Of a DNA stretch of 64,000 nucleotides, positions 13,559-27,561 are shown one piece after another. The DNA lies in the NCBI GenBank assembly GCA_051362555.1, contig CM120643.1:18728848-18792847 (forward strand), read 5' to 3'. The notes beneath the pieces were generated by a model. It was given only the letters and a program-made list of their open reading frames with translations. It was not told where the DNA came from and did no database searches. This DNA comes from Lingula anatina (Eukaryota; Animalia; Brachiopoda). The number at the start of each line of letters is the position of its first letter. The first letter of the stretch is position 1. The position numbers were made by a program, and so were the translations under genes.

Positions 13559-16500
13559 ATGCATAGCAGCTACCCAAAAATTCAGAATGAAAAAAAAAAA
13601 ATTATGAAAATTCTTTTATTTTTTAATCAGTACACAAAAATGAAAAAAAAAAAAAAAAAGTTGAACATCCTGGAATGTTAACTGTTGTATTGCTGATTTA
13701 CAGTACTTTTCAAGAATAGTAATTATAATAGCAATAATAACCACTTTTGCCTTGATATTTATGCAAATAACTAATTAAGCCTGTTATGAGTAAGACAAAC
13801 ATAAGTAAGATCCAAGATGATTGAAAGCAAGTCCCTGGAGAAATACGTTTATCAAATAGCAGTGGTTACCAGATTCTTCTTCACTTTCACATCTTCATTT
13901 CAGTGAGGATTGTGGAGATTATTTGTAGGTTTTTTTTCATGTCAAAATTTATAAATGAAGAAACTAGCTTGCTTGGGATATGAAACCCAGGAGGGCATAG
14001 GATATCTATGATCTCCATAATACTGATAATTTTTAACATGGCTAAGGTCAGCATCTTTTTAAATTTAATTTGTCTCTGTCACTCATCTTCCTTTGCACCA
14101 TGTTGCAAACACTGATTTAACACTAGATTTAATGATTAATTTCATTTTATGTGCATCTTTTTTATTTGAAATGACAAATGACGTCTTGACAAGCAATTGG
14201 AAAAAACTTTTTGTGATTCTTGTGAGAGTTTGTTTTATTTCTACGTAGTATAATTGTTTACAAGTACTCTTTCATCAATGAAGCAAAATAAGTAAAAGGA
14301 AATATATGCTTAAAAGTTATCTTGCATCAATGGAGCAAAAGTAGAAAATGTAATTTGTTGAAATATTCTGTAAGACCAATGAAGCAAAGTAAAAATACTA
14401 AGAACTGAAACTATATACATTTGAAAAGTAAAATGCAAATAATTAATTGTTAATAGATTGGTTGATATTTTCTCCTATTTCTATCAGACTTTTATCATTG
14501 GGTATCATTGGGTACTTTCTACATTAAATTCAAAGAATAATTAGTGAATTTATATCATATTGTAGTCTATTTTGATCAGGCTCTCATCCTTCTATGGTTT
14601 TCTGTGTTCTTCCTTGACTGCTCAAGGGCTGCCATTGCTTTATGTGTGTCTCTGCTAGTACAGCACTGCTAACACAATAGGGAGCACTGCAGACAGCAGA
14701 CCAGAGGTTATGATTGCAACAGCTGAAATCAAAATATAAAATACATACAATCCATGTTAGCCCTTTATAATGTTTAACATAGCGTGTCTATGACTATTAG
14801 TATGCACTTTAACCTTGATCTTCAAAGTTTGTTGTATCAGAAACCGTCTGATTTCATAGTTGTCTTTTGAGTTTTTAGTTTCAAATTTTTGAGTCAATTT
14901 TGTAGTTGATATGGAAACTAGCAAATTGTTTAAAGTAGAAATTAAGAACTCAAAAGTGAAGGCGGAACTGTTTGCCAGTTTGTGGATCTGACTGAGCTGC
15001 CCCTTTGACCAGGTAAGGTCAACTGAATAAAAATTTGAATAGGTGGTGTTTCTCCAATTGGGTCAAATAAGGACCACTTTTTCAGAACCTCCCCCCCCCC
15101 CCCCTCTACCCTTTTGAAATTGCTGGCTTCAGGCTTTGACCTACATGTGTATTATATTTGAGTAAAAAATGTGTAACAAAAATTCTCATTCAGGTTTAGT
15201 CAGGTAAAATTAAGAAATCAGCAGGTTTTATGTATGAGGATTTTCTGTACTTAATTAATGATTTTCATTTTTTTTTTGCCTAGTTTTAGCCAAAAGGATA
15301 TTTTTTAATTTGGCTTGTTTTTGATTTTAATTTACCATTATAACCCTGGCATGTATGAAGCCTTATTTTTATCATGAACCAAGATCATTGTAATGCCTTA
15401 TTTTGGAATATTTTGTTCACAAATTCTTAAGCAATATGTAATTGTTAGATATAATTACAATTTTGGCACAATCCATCCACACATTGAGCATTAGGACCAA
15501 TGCCCAGGCAGTTGCCGTCTCCAAAGCATGCACTTCCTACTGTTCCTAAAAGTGATAAGAATATGAAAAGATTAATGACCTCTAAAATTAAGATACCATT
15601 TTATGACAAGCCTGTTCAAACATTTAAGTTCAAATAGCCTACCTGTTCACCTGTTCAGGTATCATATGTTTAAGTTCTTGCATTAGGTAAACGGCCATGT
15701 CATTTGTAAAAGGTCAGATTTTATCACCCTGAGCTTCAGAGCTAACTTGACACTAACCTCTTCACTGTAGCCTATCTTCATCGTGTCAAGTAACCTCTGA
15801 CGAAAATAGTTTGACCTAGTTTATATAAGCCAATCAAATCCATGTTTCAAAATTTTTCACCAAAGTTTGGTGAAAACGCTGATTGGTTGACCGTCAATCG
15901 GCAATCCTCGGCTGATTCCGCAAGCTCCATACTAACAACAAAGTTATTGTCGAGTGCGGAGACATCCGAGTAGTTCCGAGTGTATTACCGTACACAAAGA
16001 AAGCAAGGCGAGTGACTACGAAAAAGAATGTGTTAAGTTATCTCTTGATTCTTTGCAAAATATGAGTAAATCGGAATTGAAACCATAGGGTCTAGCAGTT
16101 TGAGGCTCTGCATCATTATCTACTGAGAGACGATGTTATTTGCGTGCTGCCCACAGGTTACGGCAAGTCCCTGATATTCAGCCTTATCTATGATTGGTCC
16201 AGATTTGAACAAAGCGCGCTTTGACTCGTTCGCGTTCATTGGCTAGATCGTTTAATGAGTCATTGAGTGCGGGCTTTTAAATTTGATTGGCGGGCGGCGG
16301 AGGCAATCGAATCTGGTCAGAGGTTACTTGACACGATGAAGATAGGCTACAGTGAAGAGGTTAGTGTCAAGTTAGCTCTGAAGCTCAGGGTGGATTTTAT
16401 TGGTTGTGACAGTACAAGAAATATAACAAGGTGGCCTGGAAATAATTAAAACTTTGCAGGAGAAGGCAATACTTTAACATAGGCTAATGGGAAATAAATT

Positions 16501-19500
16501 TTATTTATCAACAAAAGTGTCGTACTCACTTGGTGTACAGGTCTTTCCAGAGTTGATATGCCAGGGCCCACAGCGACACGTCGTGGCTTCTACCGAAGAG
16601 CGGTTTGTGGCACAGTTATCTCCACAGTAAAGTCCCTTGCTGGCATCACAGAATATGTTTAGAATGTCAGAACATGGTTCCCCATATGCTTTAGCTGTAT
16701 ATAAAAGTCAAATATTAGTAATTTAAAAATAGAAAAAGTGATCAGGGGTTAGTAAGTTTCCCCAGTTGTTTCAGAATTTCCTGCTATCTTGAAATCTTTT
16801 TTTTTTGTTCATTGTTTTTTTTTAAAGACTAATTCTGGCAACCCTCACTAGCCTGCAACAGAGTTTCATAGTTTTGATGCTGACTGTCTCCAATACTGTT
16901 CTGCTACACTACACTATGTGGCATTTTGTAAGAAATCCCAACTTACTTTGGTTTAAACATTCAGATTTTTTATAACTTGGTTTCAGCCCTGGAGGACATG
17001 AACATCTATTGGATATAGTATCACATATCATACTTGAGCGACAGTCAGTTTCTTTCATGCACATGTCACCTATTTTTGCTACAAAGAAAAATAAAAAAAA
17101 CTTTGGGCAGTATCTTGAAGAGGATGGAATGATGTGCATGTGTTTATGGAATAATTGTGGCTAATGCTGTAAATTGCATTAATTAGCCTTAAACATATTA
17201 TCCACTAATTGTGGAATGCTTTTCACTATTTCCTTTATATTATTTTCTGATTTTGAATAGCATAAGGCCGTGGCAGATGCTGTGCTGTGTAAATCCATCT
17301 GTATGTTTTTACTTTGTTTTTTTTATAGCAATTGGTAGTACACTGACAAAGAGTGGGGTGGGGTTGAAAAAACTGCTCATTTGGCTGAAAAAGATCTTTT
17401 TGAAACAAAACTTGATCTAGGTTTATGACATTTCCCAAGTTGGGCTTACTAAGGGGGCAGAAATGATTCCTTTTTTTTCAGAAAAAGACATCCGCCTGCC
17501 CTGTTGAAAATGCAGGCTACAGGCCTGACTGACTAAATTAAATCCTTTTCTACTTAAAAAGTTCAAAACTTACCTGGAACACATTGGGGATATTTTTTCC
17601 CGAGAAAGGATTTTGAATTTAAAGCAATGGACAGGACTGTTTGTTGTAGTGTTGAACACCCACATGAAGGAGGTGTTTTTAACAACTGTGGGGAAGTTCC
17701 TGTAGTACATGTGTCTCCTACTGTGAACCCCTCTGATGGCAGCAGTTCGTTGGGTTCACCACAGTGCTCCCCTCCCCACATCTTCACTTTGCCTGATTTA
17801 CAGGTACATTGGCCATCTTTGCACTCAGAGTTAGCAGCACCACATGTACCTGTTTCATCAAAAGTAGAACAGGACTCTCCTACTTTTTTTACTGAAATTA
17901 AATTGTAATTGCCAATTTACAAAGGTGTGCTTTTATGCCTTTTCAGTTGCAAGTAGCATACAAATTGTAATATAAAAATTAATTAATATAAATTGTACTG
18001 CAGATTTTTAAGGTGTCTTTTAATTGGAGTACAAATTGTAATACATATAAAAAATACCAATGGATAACATGGCCCAGTGCTTATTATAACCTATTGCTGA
18101 TTATAATACAAATAATAATAATACATTTCTTAAAACCGCGCTACACTTGCGTCTCAGTGCTGTTTACAACTTCATATAAAAATAAAACTGCAAAAATTAA
18201 ATAAAAAATAAATAAGTATTTAAAACTAAGAGATAAAAGTTAACCAAAATATTCCTTAAATAAAAAAATATAAAGGTTTTTAAATTCTTTTTAAAACAGT
18301 AGTAAGAGTCATTCAAAGACACATTTGTTACGTTAATAAATGGACCATAAAATTGGTGCAGCAGTTTTTTGGTATCATTTTGCTTGAGTTGAAATTGACC
18401 ACTGGAACGAAGAGTTCTAAGAGAAGTTAAAAGTTCTATTATATTGTTCATATAAAATGGACAGTCGCCCTTTAAAATCTTAAAAGTTAAGAGTAAAATC
18501 TTATAAACTATCCTTTGAGAGACTGGTAACCAATGAAGATCGTGGAGAACTGGTGTGATGTGGTTGAACTTCTGAGTTTTACGGAGACATGCTGCTGAAT
18601 TCTGAATAGACTGATTCAGAAGTTTTTCTCATGTACAGAGAGTTCACTTTGTATTTAATGGAAATACATTTAGATACCAAAATTTACTGACATCTGAGTA
18701 ATACATAATTTTCCTATTTTTCAGAGGAAACTATTGTTGCTTAGGGTCATGAATTTCAGTTTCTTAAGAGGATGGTCTGCTTCTTTGAAAACTTCTATAC
18801 AGGCTGATATAAATTATTTTTCATCAGTCTCAAACTGTACTGATTTTTGAGTTTCTATGTAACACCAGATAATAGGCCTTGGTGTGAATCATGGTCAACT
18901 TACATGGCACACACTGCATCAGTTTTTCAGAACCAAGGTATCGAAGTACATATCCCCTCTCGCACCCGCATTTTCCCCAGTCACACTCCCCCTTGATACA
19001 CTTTATCTTGTCTGGCATTCCAATTTGGCCATTTACACTGCAGTCTGCTGCAGTTTTGCACAATTTATTTGCCTCTGGAATACATACAGAACATATATAT
19101 AACATACATATATATATATATGTGTGTGAAAGATTTATAACTGATTCGTGATTAGCAGATACTTATCCAAGATATTTGTCAGGTTTGATTTGGTCCTCTT
19201 TTTTGTATACGGTAATGTGCCATGAATTTCGAACAGTAGAAAATAAATAAATTTGGGAAAAGATCGTTCTGGCCGAAATTCATGAAATGGAGGTGCTCAG
19301 AACTTCCGAAAGTTCAAATTTCATGGAATTCTGTCAATTTTGACCGGAAGTTGTCTGTTCGTCGCTAGGCCTTCTGTTATCTCCTCCCGACGATCTATTT
19401 AGAGTTACCATAATGTATGATGTGTGAGTGTCGGTAATTGCGACCAAAGGTATACACATACTTTCACCCGATCACTGTGTATGGCCCATAGATAGAGCGG

Positions 19501-22500
19501 TACTGTTGTCTAGGGCCGCAAAACAGCATCGTTATCAGTAGTGTCGTTTTTCAAAAGCGATTCTGGCAGCCAGAAACTAGTGTCGTTTTTCAAAAACGAT
19601 CCTGGCGCTCAGAACGGGAGTGGACGGAGGGAGAGACGGCCGACGATTAGCGTCTGCCATGGCCAGATAACCTTTACTATGGAAGCTTAGTGTTACCGTT
19701 GCTCCTTTCCGCGCACTGAAACCGAAGCGACAGCCGATCAGTGTCTATGGCGCACGTGCAGGTAGCCTTCATCTGCGATAAGTGTCTTCCGCGACCAGGT
19801 TCGTTGCCTTTACCGTTAAAGTCGGGCGGAGCTTTACGCGCGAATGCGTCCTCATCTCGCCGTTCGCGGGTCGGTGTCTCTGACGCATACGTAGCCTTCC
19901 CTGCAGAAGCCGGCCTCGGCACTACGGCCTCTCCTCCGTGCGGGGAGGCCACTACGACCGCAGATCGGTATGTGCGGCGCACAGGTAGCCTTCGCCACGG
20001 CAGCCGAACTGTGTATTACGGTCGCTCTCCGTCGTGCGCTGCGACCAAGATGACCGCTGATTGTTGTCTGCGATCAAATATATACTAGGTTTGGGGGAGG
20101 GGGTGCAGGGCCGTTTTTTTTTTTTTTTTTCGCTCAGGCAACCCAATCTTAACCAGCAGCGGCAACTGATTTCCTGGCGCATAGTTGCGTCAATGTACGC
20201 ATTTGAAAAGCGTGTACGTTTTGTCATTGAAACCATCTTCAAACAAACGCGAGAGATAGGTAATCTAGAGTAAACCGAAAAGGCAGTTTTTATATTCGTT
20301 CAAGGGACTGAAAGATCGTTAATGGGAGATAGTGAACGATCTGAGCGCGACAACAAGCCGATTTCCACACTAGTTCAAGGGACTTCGTTACTATATTCGT
20401 CAGCAAGAGATCGTCAGCCATCCGAGCAAGCATAGAAGCTTGGACTTTTTGTCCATGCTAGAAGGCAATTTTCATGTAGTCAGCAGGATATGGTTTGCTG
20501 GTTTGCGACAGGGGCGTAACCAGGCATACGCACGGATACACTGTGCGTATATAATTTTTTGGCCAACCATGATATTATTCTCTATAAATCTAGTGTACTT
20601 TTCAAGGAATATTATCGAAAATCCCCTTCGATTATAAGTTAACGTCACCTGAATGTACAAATTCTCTGTATAATTTATATATGCACCATTGTTCTGACAC
20701 CCTTCTCGTTTGCTTTGACAGAACTGAGGTTAACAATACTAGTTACCATCTGAAGTCCGATCTTAATCGTCCATCTAGCTGGAACTTGCTTTACCTCTTA
20801 ATTAGAGGGTAAAGTGCCCTTCAGCTCACAGGTAGCTTTTGTCTTGAGTGTATCGAACGCGATATTTATCTCAGATAAAAATCTACCTGTGTGTTATTTT
20901 CAAAGAGCTGCTCCAGCAGACCTGGGAGCACTAGATAAATCTGATCATCGGGTTAAACAAGGAGCCAGAGAAACAAAGGAAGATTGATTTTTCCTGCAAA
21001 GTTTCAAAGAATTTTGACACGGACTTGATCCAGCTTAACCCTCCAAACTAACGGGGTGGCATGGGCAATTTTTACAAAATTTACAAACAATTAAACTTAG
21101 ATATATTACAATTTTATCCTTTAATATAATTTTGGGAGGCATGCACCCGCATGTAAGCTGGGTGATGTCAGTAAGCCCCTAGTTAAATAAATATACCCTT
21201 ATGAGCAAGGCTTTTCCCAGCGAACCGTCCAGCCGTCATTTGGACGGCCGCTGACATCACCGGACGACCTATATTTTCAAAGACGGCTAGACGGCTTGCG
21301 ACTTTTTTTTTAATGACGTCTTGGCTTGTATTGTCGGGACAGCCGTGGACGTTGTAAGAAATTTTCTTAGAGTTATTTGACGTACCTTGCTTTTATGATG
21401 CGTCACAGATGAATGGTACTACTTTGTAGTGTACGCTGATATTCAGTCACGACGAAACTACTTCCTAAAGCTTACAAAACAGAATAAAATGTTTCCATGA
21501 ACTTTAAGATACACATTCCACGCTGTATGCAGCAGTCAAGAGAGTGACATTCATGCGGTACAAAACACTAAGCAAACTACAGGCCAATTTGTGAAAGGGG
21601 ACACCTTCCGGACCTTCATACGCACGGCAACTGACAAAGCTGATTGACCAAAAGGAAAATTTCAAATTTTCAGCGAGAGATCGTTCGCAATCCGAGAGAG
21701 ACCAGGAGGCAATTTTCATATTTGTTAAAGAGACTTCGTAAGCCAAAGGGCGAGACGAGAACGCAATTTTCGTATCGTCAGCGTCGCAATCCGAGTGAAA
21801 CGAGAAAGCTCATACTCGTTCAGTGGCTTTCGTTTGCGGAAGATCGTCAGCCGGAGATCGTTCTCGATTGTTTTTAATCCTCCATCGCTCCCTTTTGGAA
21901 TTTATAATTTTTAAAAATATTTTTCATTTAATTTGTACATTTCAAGGGACTTCATTAGCGGAAGATCGTCAGCGGGAGATCTTGAACGATCTGAGCGAGA
22001 CAAGAAAGCAATAATGGTAATCTTTATTGCAGCTCTTAATATTGCTCTTTTGTTCTGTTACGGAAGTCTCTACTGTTAACAATGCTATTGTGCGCCTCAG
22101 CAAAACTACCGATCGCTATCTCACACCGAATACTGCGGTAAAGAAACAACAGCCCGACAGTACAACTCTTAAATAGATTCTCCTGTTATCTGAATGAATG
22201 GATATGACGATGTTGTTTAGCGTCCTAAACTAACTGTACCGATCGTTATCTTGCACCTTGGGCCGCACACGTAGTACTCAGGTAAAGGTACGCTAGGGCA
22301 GCATTGCCGACTGTTAGATCTTTATAAGAGCGAGAATTGCCGGTGGCCGATTTTAAGGTGTACGAAATTCACGAAATCAAGATCACGCAAAATTGCTTAC
22401 TGGCCGAAATTCATGGTCCAGAAAAAACTCCAGACGGCCGATTTTAAGCTCGTTCGAAATTCCAGAGCCGTTCGAAATTCATGGCACTTTACCGTATATG

Positions 22501-25500
22501 TAAGAGAAAGAGTGGACTTGTATGAACACAACTTGACTGTATGGATACTAGTAGTTCACTTAAGACAAAGGAATGGAATATGAATTGTGAAAGTTATTCA
22601 GCAAGACAATTATACACTTACCATTATAGTAGAAAGTTACAACCAGGAATAGAATGTTAAAAAAGACCTGGAATAGATTTTTTTGATTGTATTTTCTGTG
22701 TTTTCTTAACAAGCCAGATGATGTTCAAGAACCTAATTAAGTTAAACATGTTATGTCATGTTATGTACCGTTGTATATATGTTAAACATGTTATAGAATG
22801 AAAAGATTTCTATACTGTTCAACATTTAAGGAATACATTATTAATAAGTTAAACTTATTGTGTGGCTTTCTAATTTTGAAATGATTAATTCACACACATT
22901 TTACAATGTATGCCTAAAACATAGATATTATTGCAGTACTTAATTTATAAAACATGAAAACAAAATGTTTGAATAATGTCCAGGAGAATGTGATGGTAGC
23001 CTTACCTACCTTCATATTTGATTTGTTCTGTTAGACAAAATGTAGAATATTGATAAATATCAAACTTTATAAGTCCAAATGTTTCAGAGTTAATTTCACA
23101 AGCCTTCAACCTTGCCTATGATACCTAGGATAACTGAAATAACTGCATCACTATGCTTAGTGTTTTGGATGCCCCCTGGTGAGAGGAATGTAACAATGTT
23201 ATCATCTTTGACAAAGTTCAGTGAATGGAGATTTCTAAGAATTTTGTAAGTGAAACCTGCTTATATTCTAGATATTGATATATAGACTTCATCTATAATT
23301 TGAATGTCTGAGCAGTATTGTAGTCCATTTAATTTCAGGTTTTACTATTTTAAAACTATATGTAAGATAAAAGTCAAATTATGAGAAAATATACAGCATT
23401 AAAAGTGACAAAGAACAAGAGCACTTGTGATCGAAAATACAAAACTTTTGAGATATTCCAATTTGATTTTTATTTAAATACTTTTGTTCTATTGTTCTAA
23501 ATATAATTGTTAGAATAACGGACTAATTGGGGGTGTGATATAATTTCAAATGTTAAAAAGCTGACGTGAAAGGGAGTAATTCACCTACTAGTATCAAATG
23601 GATTTTTTGATAGCAATGCCCTGTCTAAACAGAGCAGGAGATACTGTACCTTGACAGATTATCATACAGGATGTGCTCAGCTAAGATAAGTCATCAGACC
23701 CTAGTGATCAGAGTTATCAGACCCTACCAGGGGCATGTTTCAAGTTTAAAGATACTTTTAGACCAAAAAAATATTTTTAATTTCAAATTACTTTGACCCA
23801 AGCAAATTGTCCTTTCAGTTGAAATATGGTTCCTGCTATTTAACAGCAAGAAAAATGTCTATTATTTAACATTGTCTACCAAGGTACTAGTATGAAGGAA
23901 AAACAGCTTATTGGTCTAGCTGATTTATTCACATTTTATTATTTTATAATTTCTTAATGAGTTGTAATGTATTTTTTAATAGTTAGAAATTTGAAATGTG
24001 TGTGTGTTTGGCACTGAGTTTGATAATTTATTTCCTAATAATCATTTTTTTTTATGACACAGACTCAGATGCTGACATGGTGGTATAAAATTTGCATTTA
24101 GATCTCAACATGATAGATAATTCAGGATAAAGTAATTTGAATGTGTAACAGTTATTGATAACATTCAAATTGTATTTTGATCTCCTTAAATTTATGATTC
24201 AGAGAGAGAGAGAGAGAGAGAGAATGCATAGCAGCTACCCAAAAATTCAGAATGAAAAAACAAATGTGTAAAAATTATGAAAATTTATTTTTTAATCAGT
24301 ACAGAAAAATGAAAAAAAAAAAAAATGTTGCACATCCTGGAATGTTAACTGTCATATTGCTGATTTACAGTGCTTTTAAGAATAGTAATTACTATAACAA
24401 TAATAACTATTTTTTGCCTTGATATATATGCAAATAACTAGTTAAGCCTGTTATGAGTAAGACAAACATAGATAACATTTTAAAAATATTTGATAACTGT
24501 AACAATGAAAATTAACTCATTTCAGTAATTTTAGTAATTATAATTATTTTAGTATGATGGACAATTTTACCCTGAGTTTCAAATCCAGTGGTTACCAGGT
24601 TCATTTTTACTTTCACATCTTCATTTCAGTGAGGCATGTGGAAATTCTAATAATAGTAATTTTTCTTCTCTGTTATATTTAAAATCATGTGGAAATTTAT
24701 TAAACTGGCTTGCTTGGGATATGAAACTCAGGAGGGCATAGGCTATCATCTCTATAATATTGATAATTTTTATTTAAAATCAGCTGTGTATTGATATAGT
24801 TCAGATAAACTAATCTTTGAATAACCTACAATAATTGGACTTTGATTTATTTCTGCCTTATAGAAAAAAAAAAAAAAAAGAGACGGGACACTGTATCTTA
24901 ACATAACATTATCTAATCATTTGCACACTAAATGAGAATAAAAATACACATACTAAGTAATTTACTAGTTTGCATCTGTGCATTTTTATTCAGACAGATA
25001 AGACCAATATGATTCCCTATGGAGAGCATAACCATTTATTGTTGATATTTTTTAAGATTTAAAGTAATGTCCTTAATAATATGATATTTCTGTGTGAGAG
25101 ATTTTTCTTAACTTCATTATTTTTACACGTATAGTTGAGATTAGATTAGAAAAAAATCATAGATATCCATGCAAATTTTGTTGCTATGGCAACTTGTTTT
25201 AAGATAAAACCAGTTTTTATTCCTATATTGCTAGCACTAGCCATTGTTGTGCAGTGTAGGATAAGGACACTACCTTAAATTACTGGTAAAGAGAGACAGT
25301 GTTTGGATCATATTCTATGAAATACACACATGCATATTGTAAGTTGAAATCAACAGAAATGGATTTTGTATCTACTTCATCTGCTGTGTGTGTTTGTGTG
25401 TGTGTGTGTGTGTTTGAATGTGTGTTAGTGTGTTGCATTCTCAGGCGAATAAAACATTAAACCCACCTTTTGATTATGATATCTCAAAAATTATCCACAA

Positions 25501-27530
25501 TAATTCAATAATGGCATTTCACTTTCTACTGCTACATAGCATTGTCTCTCAGTCTTTCAGTGTTTGAGCTAAAATACAAAATGTATCATGTCCAGTAATG
25601 AGTCAAGCACCTAGCAACTTAAGACAAAAATGTTATGCCCATAAATTGAAACTTCTGCATATCAGTCCTACATGACCTACAATTATGTTTAGATATCTGG
25701 ACCTAATTGTCTGTTTTTAATTTCACATAACACTGATGATAATAAAAATACATCTTAAGCTCATAAGTACATGTAACTTAATTGAGTTGATTTTTTTCAG
25801 GAGATTTTACTGGAAATATATGCATGATGACTTCTGTGAAATATAAACTGAAATTTGCTCAAGATATATTTATGTTGCAACTTACAAATCATTACAGTTC
25901 AACTTCAGGCAATTCACTCACTTTCTATTTACTTTTCATTCTTTTAAAGAAAATGCTTTAATATCATAAGTTTAATAGTTCATATTTTGTCATAGTGTTT
26001 TTTACTTCCATATAACTAACACATTTCTGTTATGCAATCGATTATATCAATTATAAATGTTATTTATCGAACTCTATACATCATATTTTAGAAAAACATA
26101 ATATCATACACATTAATCTTCATACAGTTATAAAAAAAATTGAACTACTTGAAACCATTTATGATTTTCTTAATTTAAAAAAGACTATAACTCTAAATCT
26201 ATATTTTACAGCAAAGTCTGCATTAATTTTTCTGTTAACTTCCTACAGTTTGCATTGGACCTTTATATAATTATAGCCAAGGAAAGTTTATAATATTTTT
26301 CCTATAATCTCCGAGATATACCGCATCCAAAACTGTTGACCAGAACTTTAAATCCATTTGTAGTACTGAATTGTGCTCATAATAGGAAAAAAAGCAAGAA
26401 AAAGGAAAAAATGATAAACATTTTTTCTCAATGGTTTTGGGCATGTTATACCTTTTGGATGAAGAGAAAACTGTTGAAATTTTAAGGAATTTTTTTTTTA
26501 TTTATTTATAAAGGTATGCCTTTAAGAAAATGTATTCTGTTGACATGTATGTTGAATTGATCCTGCATATCACATACATAAGACCAGAAAAAAAGAAATG
26601 TTTTAAATTAGCTATGAAGTAATCAACTGCTTAGCCTTAGAAATATGTGAACAATGGTGGAAAGAACCAGCAGGAGTCCTGTGTGAACAGGTATACTTGA
26701 AGCTGAAATAGAAATGAAACATGTAAAAATGGTGATTAGGATATAGATATAATAGGCAGCATAATGAATCATTGATGTGAATTCTATAGTTTTTTAAAAA
26801 TTGCTGATATGTTATCATGTCGTGGTTAATAGGCATATTGTGATTACACTGAAGAATTTTGAACTTTCTCACCTCTGTTTAATGAGAAATAAAATATAGG
26901 TTATCACAGGTCATCTGAGTGTTCCATAATTTTGTGATTCTGATAACATTTTGTCACAATTGATTTGTACAGTGTATGTTTTATTTGATACTGTGTAGTA
27001 TCATGACTCTTTCTCTCTCTCTCTCATGGGATTCATGGAGACAGTGCAGTGGTACTCGACATTAAACACACACACACACACATGCACACACACACATACA
27101 CACATACATACACACACACACACATGCACACACATATACATACACACGCACACATACATTCACAATGCTGATACTCCAGGTGTCAATTATTATTAATACT
27201 TACAATTTTTGCACACTCCTTCTTCACAAATCCCATTATCTCCAAGTGCTTTACAGTTCAGATCTCCATTGCACGGTGACCCCACAATATCTGAAGAACA
27301 GAAGTAAACACAACAGGATCTTAGACTAGCAGAATTTATCAGGATAAATTTACTCTTATCTGTGGTCTTAATCTGCCATGGATATTTATCATATCTTATT
27401 GAAAATGTATTGGAAATGATTTAAGTACATCTTTTATTTGATTTGACTGGGTGAGATGCTGTAAGATAGTCTTGGTGTAAATTTGGAAGGTGAATTGCAT
27501 GTTTTACTTTATGAAAATCTCTCTCTAAAA

Positions 27531-27561
<31 letters not shown>

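Larger units (their letters stand above)
3490..24770. repeat. Tandem segmental duplication: unit A ~3490-13810, unit B ~13815-24470; boundary repeat in three copies (~3490-3730, ~13820-14040, ~24586-24770)
   Basis: Introns, flanks and microsatellites are colinear between units, e.g. (AG)n at 13531 and 24201 followed by aatgcatagcagctacccaaaaattcagaatg; cagtggttaccag...tttcacatcttcatttcagtgagg occurs three times. Confidence 0.92.

Noticed and set aside
19677-20273. Overlapping ~100-aa ORFs in the GC-rich patch
   Set aside because: Expected from GC content; no transposase or other motif; inside a non-autonomous element.
3490-24770. A/B duplication as an uncollapsed-haplotype assembly artefact
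   Set aside because: The three-copy boundary structure, multiple unit-specific insertions and strong local divergence favour a real tandem duplication, though long reads would be needed to exclude an artefact fully.
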